A stretch of 64,000 bases of DNA from Antedon mediterranea (taxonomy: Eukaryota > Animalia > Echinodermata), in NCBI RefSeq assembly GCF_964355755.1, contig NC_092676.1, positions 17,626,871 to 17,690,870 on the forward strand. Direction: 5' to 3'. Position 1 is the stretch's first letter. Each line of letters opens with the position of its first letter. The notes under the pieces are model-generated. The model ran no database searches, was not told the DNA's origin, and was given only the letters and a program-made list of their open reading frames with translations. A program made the translations under genes and the position numbers. Below, piece by piece: positions 12,311-24,456 of this stretch.

Positions 12311-13349
12311 TGCTAGTCCAGTCCCTAAGGGGAAATGATGTTACCATAGTGGATACAAGTGTGCCCTTTGGCATGTTGATAGAACATGATATGGAGATAC
12401 CAAAACAAAGTTACTGGAAATCTGATTTGACCTCTGTGACCTCTGACCTCAATTTTTATATTTCTATCTTAAACAGCCATATCTCCGCAACGGGTTTGAC
12501 AATTGAAATGATATTGGTGTCAAATAGATCAGAGGGTACATATTTATATTCGCTCTAATAGAACTTTTTCCAAAAAAAACGACCGGAAATGTAATTTCTC
12601 AATGTTTTGACCTTTGACCTCGACTTACTATATCTCAATAACTACTGATCAAAATTTCTTGAAATTTGTTTCAAATTGTTAAGAGCATACATATTTATAT
12701 ATACTCTAATTAAACATGTTCTTCCAAATCCACAGGAAATGTCATTTACTGACCTTTGACCTTTAATGTTTAAATATGTCTGTATCTCTGTAACCAAATG
12801 TTATAAAAAGTTCAACTTGGTGTCAAAATGTTCAAAATGTAAACATTTATATTAGCTCTAATAGAAGATGTTATCATATTTTTACTGAAAATGCCAGTTT
12901 GAGGTATGACCAGGATATACAGTTAAGCGTGCGTGTGTCATACTTATAATAATATACCTAAAATATAGATTTATGGACCAGAACTACATTCAATATCCTA
13001 TTTAGCCTTTTACAATTTTCTTAAAACTTTATGTTTAATTTAATTTCAATATATAATTCCATCGCATGGTAGGCCTACACCGTAAGAGCAACACTTAATA
13101 TCAACAAAAAATTAGATAAACTTAAAAGTTAAATAACATTTAAAAAAAGAAAGAAAATCAGGATCTTAAAGAAAGAAAAGAAGAATTAACCAATGCGATT
13201 TGATACTCATAAAACATATGACCTAATTATCAATTAATTGCTTGAAGTATGCTGAAAAAATAAAATGTTTGAAACAGTTAGGAAAAAGCGAAGAAAAGAA
13301 AAACATATTTTAAAATATTAGAAATCTGAAAAGGATCAAAGACAAATTA

Positions 13350-14700
13350 ATTACAAAGCTGATTTCTTTTCAAGAACATACTGTAGTGGAATATAAAAGG
13401 AAAACAAACCAGTGAGCAGTCAAAATTACCATCTTGGCTTGATGAGGCAATAACACATCCAGCTCATAACACTATACAACAAAATCTTTGAAACCAGAAG
13501 AAATTAAGAGAAGCAATGATAATTATACTTTAATCCACAAAAACATGACAAAACTGACATCAACCATTACCGACCAAACGAACATTATCACATGTACACA
13601 AATAATTTACAAAAGTAATCAAAAAACAAAATCAGAGACCGACTAGAAGTAAATAAACCAATAAGGCTTTATACAGTAGGACCATCTTATACAGTTTGTC
13701 AATCAACTAAAATAAAAAGGAAATGAATATCACCAAATCTTTGGTCGTGTTTATACAACACCCTAAATTTGAACACGGCTTTAATTTTTAGCGTGTTGTT
13801 CGGACCGAGGTCAACCCACCTTAACGTTTGCTGTTATACTAGAAATCACGATACCGTGTTGTACCGGAAGTTTCATCAACACGCAGTGCATGCTAGGATA
13901 AAAGGTCAAATCATTGATCGCTTGAATTGGCTGTACTGGGGTTGTTGTCAAAACAATCATCGTCGCCTCTCCTCGCTGTCCGATGTATTCGCGCGGTTTT
14001 TACCATTTTCATTTAATATTGTATTCGTTCACGTTTGCATTGTTGTTTATTTTGTTCTCGGTTCATTTAAATTAATAAAAGTTATTTTAAGGTTTTCATT
14101 GTTTCATCTATACACTATGGAAGAAGATGCCATTTTTGCGATGTTATTTTTTATTCTGTTTGGAATGGGAAACGATAGAGGCCTACTACCACTACGAGTT
14201 GGCCCCACTAGGCTAGGCGTAAGGAGGATGATTGCTGGCAGCGAAGCAGCAATAAATGGGCCCAATCTTGTTAGCAACGTCGCATGACATGATTGATATT
14301 CCGACCTGTTTTAACGAGAGGTCAAAATATACCCTGAGGACACTTCCAACACGGTAACGGTGACCGGGAATCCACCAAATTTTAGGATTCAGCCAAGTAG
14401 CCTTTTTTGCAATTAAAATCTCATTACACGGAATCCCTTTGTTGTTATACAACACACTTCTCGTAGGCGTGTAGAATATGCGTGTAATAGCGTGTTGTAT
14501 AAACGCGCCCTTTGATTTAGAGATTATCAGAAAGCATTTGGCTCAATAAAACAGGCATTACCATATTAGAGGGAAATATTATACCTCAACAAATATTGAT
14601 TACGATCGTTCAAAGAGAAGTTAAGAAAGATTAGTAAGACAAGGCAACACTTAAGATCTTCACTGCATTGGAAGAGGTGTTTAATCAAAGAGCTAATCTA
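13350..14700 (+). mobile_element. Degenerate RTE-like LINE reverse-transcriptase fragment, split by a DNA transposon
   Basis: Translatable remnants KHDKTDINHYRP and LSHVHK*FTKVI; after the insertion, DYQKAFGS and VRQG. Confidence 0.6.
13743..14510. mobile_element. PIF/Harbinger-like non-autonomous DNA transposon
   Basis: Imperfect TIRs ggtcgtgtttatacaacac / gtgttgtataaacgcgccc with a 3-bp flanking duplication TTT. Confidence 0.6.
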
Positions 14701-16362
14701 AAAAATAGAGTAAATATCACTTTAAAGACAAAATAAACAGTTAATTTAACCAAAATCACATTGACTTCCAGCCTATTTTTTGCTTTGAATTACAGTTTTT
14801 TTTTGGGTATGCACTATATCATTTTTTTTTCAATCCAATTTTTGGTGAAACTATTATGTGTGACATTAAAATTGCATATTCAACAAAAATATTTTTCAAA
14901 ATTACTTTTGTCAGGGGGAAAATAAGTATATCTTTAATAGCATGTGATATTATTAGCAAATATTTCAAATGTAGTTTTAAAACTTTCCCATTACAAACAA
15001 TTGCCATAATTCTGATAACATTACAATACACCCATCCTCTGGAACTTATTTTCAAATGTAGCTAAAAACTTTCCAGTACAATTCCGGCCATTTTGATGTG
15101 TATAGATGCATGCAGTAGCATTGGAAAAGCGAGAGAGGGGGAGGTGGTTGGGGTGATAGAGAGACACATATTTTTTACACGTTTGTCTACACTATAACTT
15201 AGTTTAACAAAAAAGGTGTGGTGTGCCCAAATATGGTAGTGATATGTCATTCATCGTGTCCATATATATGGGCACATCACATTTTTTTGTCGCATAAAAA
15301 TGTTATAGTGTAGACAGAGTTTAACATTTGTGTAACATGTAACAAAAATATGTGTCTCTCCATCCACCCCAACCCCCTCCCCTCTCTCGATCTCTTTTTA
15401 TAGATTATTAATTGCTAAATATATGCAAAACGATGGGTCATAGCTCAAAATGACATTTCCAATTGAATTCTGACAAAATATTTTGTTAGAGCAAATATAA
15501 ATGTGTATATTCTAAACAATTTGACACCAAACTGAACGTTTTAGGACAAATAGTTACCGAGATATTGACATATTCAAACATTAGAGGTCAAGGGTAAAAA
15601 AAGCTTAATTTATGGTAGTTTTTTGAAAAAAGTTTCTATTAGACTAAATATTAGATTTATTTTCTTAACATTTTGAGCCCATTCTCAAATCTCTGAGATT
15701 GCGTGTTATTGAGATATTAGGCAATCAAGGTCAAAGGTCAAACTGAAAAATAAAGCCTTTGCGGCCATTTTTGTACAATTTTTTTCATTATAGCGAATAT
15801 AAATATATATCTTCCAAGCATTTTGAAAAAAAAATAAATGTAAAATGTCCATGCGTTGTCAAGATATGGCGATTTTTAGTTATATAATAGAAAAATATAA
15901 AAATTGAGGTCAGAGGTCACAGAGGTCAAATCAGATTTCCAGTAACTTTGTTTTGGCACCTCCACACTATACTCTACCAAACTGCTATACTGAAAAATTT
16001 GTATCCAGTCTGGTAACATCCCACCCCTTTTTCTCCCCTTAGGGACTGGACTATGCCTCCTTTTATAATTGTTTTGTCTTCTTTGTTTATTTATTTATTT
16101 ACCAGATTTCTATAGCGCCCTTTTCATGAAAACTCATGCTCAAAGGCGCTTCACATCATAAAGACAAACATCATAAGCAATAATTACAAATTGTAATTGT
16201 TATGTTTATGGCAGAAATATCTATGGTTTTAGTACAAGAGTTGAATAGTGAAAATAATCCTGTTAGGTGTGTGCTGTTACGGTCTTCACAATATCTTCAC
16301 TAAATGGGAGAAAATCCTATTTTAGTGTGATCGTTTCGTTTCTTTCAAGTATTATTGTATTA

Positions 16363-17727
16363 TCTATATATAAATTATGGTTAATTCTGACATAGGCGAG
16401 CACAATGCAAAAACAAATCTCCGCCTTGGATACCTATCCTTATCTATCTGAGATGTACCGCGAAACGTAGATTTGATAACATTAGTGTTCACATCGACGC
16501 TATTGTTCCATATTTCTATCTTAAGAAGATATTATAAAGAGTTTTTTAACAACATTTATGATTTCAACATAGATTTTCATCTCAATTTCAATTCTTCCCG
16601 GTCAAAGTAATTTCCGGGTTTAAGATAAGTTGCAACAACCTGGTTTCAAATATTTTCTCTCGTTTATACACAAGGGAGCAGTTAAAATAATAGATTTGAC
16701 CCTAAAGGTGACTGGAAACAGGCACTTTCCATCAATCAATACAGTGTCCCTTTGGAAGACGAAAAAAAAAATCAGATAGTAGGACTGGAGCTTGTTGGCC
16801 ATTAGTCATAGCCATTTCAGTTTTTTGTTTATTTTAAAACATACCGCGCGTGTGTGAAGGTACAGTAGTTAAATAATAGAAATTATACTGCAAATTAATA
16901 AAGATCAAATTAAATATACGCCATAAAGAATCAGAATATATTGTGGGGAATATTATTATAAAATTACATAGGGAGATTTGATGATAAGACATTTTTCGAG
17001 TGAAATCCCGATAGCTGAGTTTTATTTAGTAAGCTTGCAGGAATAACTGTAGGCTATCTTCCTGTGTCCCGTTAGGACCGAGATGTCTGCCCATGTTGCA
17101 AGCCGTAATGTCTTCTTTCTTGGGCCCACTCTGTCACGGCAGTTAGTTTCAAAAGATGATTAAATTAAATAATGTATTAATAATTATTAGGATGGTATTC
17201 ATTTGAATAAACGCCTCTCCAATAAAACATCACTTTGAATAATAAACCCCACCTCCCCACCCCCCTCCCCCCCCCCCAACCCAACTATCTAATAAACGTC
17301 CATCCACATATTTATAATAACACAATTATACTATTTGTAGTAGAATTCACCGCACTGTTATCTACAATTTACCAAGCATTTGTTATTCCTTTTTACCACT
17401 TTTCATATCTATTAGAGGATTTCATTTGATTATAAATGTTACCATAATATTATTAAAACTAAAAAAATTAACATATATCCCTAGAATAAGCACCTCCCTC
17501 AAATGACCTCCGCCTCCCCAAAGGGCCCTACCAAACAATAAAAACTATACTTTAAAATGTTATTAATCATCTAAAACACTGTGAAACAAAGTAGTTTAGT
17601 TTTACGAATGTCAAGCATTTTCAATAATTGTAACCGATAGAAAATGTATAAGGAGGACATTATCATTCCGAGAACCATCGTGTACACTTCCTAGAGGGGG
17701 AGCGAGCGAAGCGAGCTCACCTTCTAG
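16363..17727 (+). mobile_element. Non-autonomous Helitron, copy 1
   Basis: A|TCTATATATAAAT 5' end, 3' GC-rich motif gagcgagcgaagcgagctc followed by CTAG|T, no TSD. Near-identical to 26173..28985. Confidence 0.8.
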
Positions 17728-18829
17728 TATATGAAATTGTTATTCTGAAATGTGATCAATCAACCAAATCAATCAATCAAGGCGTCAGGTGTTATCCGAA
17801 TATAATTAAACCAATTTTGTGCTCTTAATGATCAAATTTAAAGACCTATTTTTTGCTTTTAATTACAGTTTCTCAGGTAATTAATTAAATTAAATTATTG
17901 GATTATTTAAAAATGTTTTAAGGTGGAATATACATCTTCACCTAATGGTAATATGCAACCGGTACAAGAAAATATTAAATACGACAGTTTAGCAACAAAT
18001 GTTTTCTTGTGATATCCCTGCCATGGGTCTATTTTTCTTATTCATGAATCTTTAGAGAACTTACGGCAACCTTAAAAGTAGGAATTTGATCAGGATTTAA
18101 TTGTTATATTTTAATATAATCTCGCGACAGTTTAACATAAAATAGGCCTATACAAATAGGAACTTGATATAGCTTTTTTTCTAATGTTCATATCTCGCAA
18201 CAGTATAACATAATAAATATATATAAATCGAGTTTGATCATTTTGTTTTGTTCTAATTTCATTAAAAAAAATATTCGCCTTTGTCTTTCATAAATTGTAC
18301 AATTGTATATCATTAGGGCGTGAAAGTCTCCAGTTCACCACTTTGAAAGCATTTCATACGTATTTATAAGTAGGCCTATTCAGTATTAGCCAAATTGTAA
18401 TAATTATTGTTCTCTATTATAATAATAATATAATAAATAGGCCTAATTCTTATTTTATCAAAACCAAAGATATGATAATAAACTTCCTTAACACTGCAAT
18501 AGAATAATTTATTAACGATTTTGGAAACTTGTGAGGTTGAAAGAGGCGCTGAATATAAATATTTGGGTACTGTTCTATAATAGATAACAAATTCAAGTAG
18601 GAATCTATCTCTCTTATGATTTCCAAAAAGCATCTCAAAGACGCCATTTTCACTGATTTACGAGAAGAGTAATATTATGAAAGACCTTACTCATCCCTTA
18701 CATTAATGTTACAATTTGTTTAACCGTTTACTACGCTGATCGTTTGTCCCCGTTTTGAGAACTCTTCGAAATTTGAATGGTGACTTGATCAGACCCAGTT
18801 TTTCTCTAAACTATAGATTTTAATCTATG

Positions 18830-19185
18830 GGAGGGCGCAAACAACATTTTGAGGAAGTGAGTTCCAATCCTCTACTACTCTTGATGCAAACAAAAAGTGC
18901 CTCCTTATTTAGTCTAATATTGTGGACAACTTTAAAAGAAAGACCTTGTTTGTGAAAGTTGATTTCCTAAATAGTTTGTCACATTCTATGCAATCTATAT
19001 CGTTTAATATTTATTTTATATATATTAAACATGTCCGCCCCTTTTTCTTCTGTAAGCCAACGTCTGTAGTTTCAGGATCATGAGCCTATCATTATCCTGT
19101 GCTTCTAGATCAGGTACCATAACCGAGTGGATCGCTGTTGAAGTTCATCAAATTTAACTTTCTGGAACCTCGGAATCCAATATTG
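18830..19185 (-). mobile_element. Degenerate CR1-clade LINE 3' fragment
   Basis: Minus-strand remnants QQRSTR..MVPDL, LKLQTLAYRRKR and FASRVVEDWNSLPQNVV. Confidence 0.7.
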
Positions 19186-19691
19186 CAAGAAAAAAAAATA
19201 CAAGAAATAAACAAACCAAAAAAAATACAGTAAAGTACTTTAAAGATCTTTTGATAATACCAAGTCTTCTCTTAGTAGCGCAACTTTTGCGGAATTAATA
19301 TAACTTAGGCCTATTAGTGTCAACAATTGTTAGAAATAGCATTAGACTACGACCACCAAAAGCCAATCTATGTAAAAGTTCATTGTTGCAAATAATATTC
19401 ATATACTAGTATATAATTAAAAGGTTCGACGATAACTCTATACTGTAATTTTTGTTTTTAATTTTAATAACGTTTAATCGTTTTAGTAGGCCTGTTTTAC
19501 ATTGGCCTTATGGCGTTTTTGCAATCTGCGTTTTAACAGTATTTTTTAACAGTATTTAAACATTGGTCTATTAACAGTAGTTTACATTGACCTATAGCGT
19601 TTTATGTATTTTTCTTTGTAGTTTTATTTTTGTCTTAATTATGCCAAGCAAAATGAATTTTATTAAAGGAATTACATGTTATAGCATGAAA

Positions 19692-19725
19692 CAGAGAGCC
19701 ATATTTCAATAAATATGGCTCTCTG
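19692..19725. mobile_element. 34-bp hairpin mini-element with 8-bp TSD (hAT-like)
   Basis: 15-bp inverted repeat cagagagccatattt / aaatatggctctctg, flanked on both sides by gcatgaaa. Confidence 0.65.
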
Positions 19726-19997
19726 GCATGAAATGAACGATAGCGCCCCCTATAAATTGTCATGCACAGTAGTAAAGTAATGTGTTGCATGCAGTTGCTG
19801 GCCTAACTTCATTTCTGTATTCAGGTAGGTACATTGAGTAATAAGTCAGAAAGTAGTAACGAATATGAGTCTACTTTTTTAGAGATAACGAGGGAATAAA
19901 TAGTAAGACATAAAGACGTCGCGGCCCGTGCCATGCCGCGGATAGAAGTTTATTATGGAAGAATGAAACTTCTGTACCGTGTGTACGGGGCGCCGTC

Positions 19998-21053
19998 GGG
20001 TGTCTAGAAAATTCAGATCTAGAAAACTCAGATCTCAGATATATCTGAGTTTTCTAGATCTAGAAAACTCAGATATCAATATCTGAAAACCCAGATCATC
20101 AAATGGATCGTTCCATTATTATTAGAGGATAGCATATTTGAAATATTTACACAGTATTATAGTACGTTTTCTTACTAAAAGAATAATAATTATTGTAACT
20201 TGTTTGTAGTAGCAGCCTATGACTTAAATCATAAAGAAATACAGTATACACCTTTTAAAATGTAGTCTTATCATTTAGGCCTAGCCTAGCTTGGCAAACT
20301 CAATTCAAGGCTCAACGTGTAGGGGCTATCGCGATGTATCGCGAAGAGTAAGCCTTGTCCTACAGTACTAGACTAGAAGTGGTCAACTCGTACCCAAAAT
20401 AACTTGTACCTATTCCCAACTTGGCTAACTCGTACCTCAACCAACTCGTACATACCTCATTTTTAAGCCTACATACCTCATTTTTAAGCCTACATTTTAA
20501 GCCTGGTTTCCATAAAATCGCTACACCGTGTCGCCGACTGCTGTCGCCGACAGAGCGTAGCGATTCTATGGAAACGCTAGAATTTATCGGGGATCTAGTA
20601 CGCGAGCGCTAAATATTCTTTGGTACACGCGTATATGACTCATCGCCGACAAAATCGGCAAAGTTGAACATGGTTGAACTTTGCCGATTTGTCTGCGATG
20701 AATCGGGGAGACCTCCCCGATGCGCGTCGGCGACATCTGCGCGTGTAGCGATTTCAATGGAAACGGTGTAGCGATTTTATGGAAACCAGGCTTTAACGGT
20801 AACATGCACTGTATTTTCTTTATGATTTAAGCCGTAGGCCGCTTCTACATGTTACAATATTAGTAAGAAAACGTACACATGCAGTAATCAGTTTTAATAA
20901 TACTCTAGTATTTCAAATGACCTACCTGCTGATTAATAATGGAACGATCCAAATGACCTACCAACCAATCAAATGATGATCTGAGTTTTCTAGATCTAGA
21001 AAACTCAGATATATCTGAGATCCGAGTTTTCTAGATCTGAGTTTTCTACACCC
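19998..21053. mobile_element. Mutator (MULE)-like MITE with internally repetitive TIRs
   Basis: TIRs begin GGGTGT and contain agatctagaaaactcagat repeats. 9-bp TSD ggcgccgtc / ggcaccgtc (1 mismatch). Confidence 0.75.
20500..20792. mobile_element. Harbinger/Tourist-like MITE nested in the MULE MITE
   Basis: TIR agcctggtttccataaaatcgctacaccg with a TTA TSD on both sides. Confidence 0.8.
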
Positions 21054-21260
21054 GGCACCGTCCGACACAAAACCGTGGTTTGTATTAAAGACAAATCATT
21101 GTAAGTAAAGAAAGAATGGTTGTAAAAGACAAACCATGGTGCGTTTATAAAGACAATCTGTGGTTTGTAGTAAAAGAACAAACCATCTTTTACAAACAGT
21201 AATTGTTTGTCTTTTTCAAAGACAAACTACTGTATATGGTTTAGTAAAAGTTTTCGATAA

Positions 21261-21527
21261 AGCCTGGTTTCCATTAAAATCGCTACAGCGTTTCCATTAT
21301 AATCGCTACACGCGCAGATGTCGCAGACGCAATCGGGAAGGCTCCCCGATTCATCGCAGTCAAATCGGCAAAGTTCAACCATGTTCAACTTTGCCGATTT
21401 TGTCGGCGATGAATCGTATACGCGTACCAAAGAATATTTAGCACTCGCGTACTAGATCCCCGATAAATTCTAGCGTTTCCATAGAATTGCTACGCTCTGT
21501 TGTGTAGCGATTTTATGGAAACCAGGT
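21261..21527. mobile_element. Second, inverted copy of the Harbinger/Tourist-like MITE
   Basis: Reverse complement of 20500..20792, preceded by TAA. Confidence 0.75.
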
Positions 21528-22202
21528 CTTTTTATTATTGATAGCAATTGTTTGTCTTTTACTAGACTTGCCCCAAGTCTATAGTTATTTTTAGGGTTTT
21601 CAATGTTTGTCTGAAATATACTGAAACTTGTAAGAAATTGATTTTCAGACCGTAAACATCAGATAAGAATGACGTAGGTTTATACCGTATTTGGCTATAT
21701 GGGGCAGGCCGTATGTAAATATGGATTCCGAATCAACCAATGATTGTGGTTTCAAAACGATCGCGAAATTCCCAACGATGTTGTTTACAGCCTAGGCTTA
21801 GTTAGCCAGGCCTAGCCTAAATATGGCAAAAATGAAAATAAAATGGTTACGATAAACTTCTAATTGTGATTCTTTGAAACATTTACGAACCACAATTATT
21901 ATTTATATTGTTTGTTCAGGTGTAATTAAAACATTATAATAAATTGCAACCGACCGAAATTCAAAATTCTAGCTAGGCCTAGGCCAGCCCTACTCAGCCT
22001 GCGCTGCCTCGCTCAAACAATGATGAAATTCCTCCTCACAGCGATCAACATGCGTGGCGCCGTGGGAGGATTAATAGCTAAAATAATGTTCAAATTGGAA
22101 TAAAAAATGCTTACAAAATTTCTTAGGTAATTTTTTATGACGTGTTTAGTGTACTTGCTTGACGAATCCTTTGTCCATTAAATCATATAAGTTGTAACAG
22201 AG

Positions 22203-23425
22203 TTAAGATGTATTGTCCCCCAAAAACATGAAAAATTTATTTATTAAATCAGACTTTGAATATGTTATTTTGTAGTTTTAATGAAGTTATTCACTTCAAT
22301 TAAAAAAACCGGAAAAAAATCATGTTTTTACTTATAAAATGACAAGATAAATGGTAAAATTCAACCAAAAATCCATTGGCTGGCAGCCAATTTGATAATT
22401 TTTTGCTTTAAATTACATTTTTTCAGGTAAATACATTTTGTTTTGATCCAATTTTTTGTCAAAGTGGATAACTATTATGTTACATTAAAATGAAATATTA
22501 AAAAAAATGTTTTTAAGGGTATGTTCAGACTCACAGAGTTACGGTGGAGTTATGTACGCGGCGTACATATGTTTGTGTCTGAACCATGCCGCGGATTAGC
22601 GTTAGGGAGCTGTTACTCCGCGCCAGTGGCGTTAATAACTCCAGCGGGAGAGGGTAGATTTTATAAGGCTAATCCATTGATGCATCAGCGATTTCAACCT
22701 ACGGTCAACGTCAGCCAATGAAAAGACACGACCGCAATTAGCAGCAGTCTATTCGCACGGTTTTTTTTAATAGCAAAACAATATAGCCTATTCCTCGAGC
22801 TAGCCTAGATCAACAGCAACATTCAAATTAAAATGAAACGCGTTACATGGAAAAGTACAGAAGTGGATTTGATTTCATTATGGGGCAGCCCTGAATTTAT
22901 AGATAAGATAGAAATTAGAAATTGGAAAGCTAACGCCGGCAACAAGATGGCTGTTTTTAAAGAAATTGCATCTAAACTGCAAAATTCTTCCTGACGAAGT
23001 TGGCATCGGCGACATGATTTCACAAAATTAATTAAAATCATACAAATAATGGCAAAGTCATTGTCCGTGTAATAATTATGTTCGAAATTACTATCTTCTG
23101 TAAGGATTTGCAAAAAAATCGGCAAAAAAACCATTACATTTGAAGGTAACATTGTATTATATTGCTAGGCCTGGCTGTGTTGTAAACTTTCGCGCGTGTC
23201 ACTCTCAGCTCTGTTGTTGTTATTGTGTGTATGTATCCCATCGGCCGTTTCGGTATGACGGAACTTCCGCTTTAAACGCAAGACGTTTGAAATGCTAATC
23301 GTTGTGTCTGAACACCTTGACTTTTAATGCCACGGATTACCGTACGCCTTGCGTAGATAACTTTACCGTAACTCCGTGAGTCTGAACATACCCTAAGAAT
23401 ATTTTTTTCAGGGGGGACAATACGT
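22203..23425. mobile_element. Abundant MITE (gatgtattgtccccc...gggggacaatac ends) hosting a Harbinger derivative
   Basis: Terminal inverted motifs. Related fragments at about 9240-9480, 9760-10045, 10600-10830 and 14720-14935. Confidence 0.55.
22517..23393. mobile_element. PIF/Harbinger deletion derivative retaining a Myb/SANT (trihelix) remnant
   Basis: TIR gggtatgttcagactcac with TAA TSD. Plus strand 22833-22994 reads MKRVTWKSTEVDLISLWGSPEFIDKI..NKMAVFKEIASKL*. Confidence 0.8.
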
Positions 23426-23533
23426 TTAGCTTTCATCAGAAGTAGCCTATTAGCTTTCTAATTGCAAAATAAATTTTAGATTTAAATCTCTATTTTATAA
23501 ATTATTGAGAACAAAAATATTTCATTTTATTAG

Positions 23534-23588
23534 TACTGCAAGAAGGCTGTGTGTATTTGGATAATTACAATTGTGGCATCAGCAAGTG
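23534..23588 (+). CDS. Mosaic lectin gene: signal-peptide exon (YCKKAVCIWIITIVASASG); start-codon exon not located
   Basis: Acceptor ttttattag|, donor G|gtaggt. Basic then hydrophobic stretch, joins in phase 1 to the FA58C exon. Confidence 0.65.
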
Positions 23589-23762
23589 GTAGGTCTAGTA
23601 TTATTTATTTAATATACTGTATAAGCTAATTTCATATTCATATTTATACTGTTAGTTTTCTAAAGTACAGCATACATACAATACATGCACATTTTAAGCT
23701 TTTTAGTTTAATTTATAAATTTTACATTAATTAATAATGCTGACATGTAATACTGCACTTAG

Positions 23763-24067
23763 GTACATGCACCGAACCTTTGGGAATGGAAGATGGCACA
23801 ATTCCAGATGCGAGCCTGTCTGCAACTTACCATAGAGCTCAAGCGAAAAAAGCTAGGCTAAATATGGAATCCAATGTGGGAGGATGGCCTGGTAAAGTAA
23901 ACAACTATATTGAAGTAAATTTACAGGCTGTGAAAATCGTGAGTGGGACAGTTTTGCAAGGCTGCCACGGCACCAATGAGTGGGTTACGTTATATGCTGT
24001 TGAGTATAAAGAAAATGGAAATGATGAATGGCAAATCATTGCTGATGCCAGTTCAGGAGGAACATCG
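23763..24067 (+). CDS. Mosaic lectin gene: FA58C/discoidin domain, exon 1
   Basis: TCTEPLGMEDGTIPDASLSA..ARLN..W..YIEVNL..VSGTVLQG..EWVTLYAVEY; ag/gt boundaries. Confidence 0.92.
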
Positions 24068-24320
24068 GTAATTATTTCAAATCCTATGATTTTTATCATT
24101 ATAAATATTATTTCACAAACTGTTGCAAAACGGAAAATATGTTTATATGTGTAAAAAGCATGCATCTTTTAAAGTTTTTTAAAGTTTGTATAACAGCTGG
24201 TACATTTGCATATCACACAGAATTAGGTTCCCAGTTTTTATCTCAGATGGAGCAACTTTTTCTAATTTCTTGATTAAAATCTGAATTATTTGTCATTGAG
24301 CATGTTTCTACTTTGTTTAG

Positions 24321-24456
24321 TTTGCTGGAAATGAAGATAATGTAAATCATGTTGTCAACATCTTCCAGTCACAAGTGAATGCTCAATTTATTCGTATTCA
24401 TCCATTGGCATACCATGATGAAGCATGTCTACGATTTGAACTTCTTACCTGCTCAA
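24321..24456 (+). CDS. Mosaic lectin gene: FA58C/discoidin domain, exon 2
   Basis: FAGNEDNVNHVVNIFQSQVNAQFIRIHPLAYHDEACLRFELLTCS; tttag| and |gtaagt; ends in phase 1. Confidence 0.92.

Larger units (their letters stand above)
12314..16053. mobile_element. Long inverted arms (about 600 bp each) of a MITE/foldback-like element, or two opposed copies, enclosing nested insertions
   Basis: tagtccagtccctaagggg at 12314 is mirrored by cccttagggactggacta ending at 16053. The block ccaaaacaaagttactggaaatctgatttgacctctgtgacctctgacctc occurs in both arms in opposite orientation. Confidence 0.7.

Noticed and set aside
13769-14287. 172-aa ORF as a host gene
   Set aside because: Lies within a TIR element, starts at TTG, and has no recognisable domain.
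21649-21673. Candidate first coding exon (ATGAC|gtaggt) of the lectin gene
   Set aside because: Phase 2 does not match the phase-0 start of the signal-peptide exon and would give an early stop.
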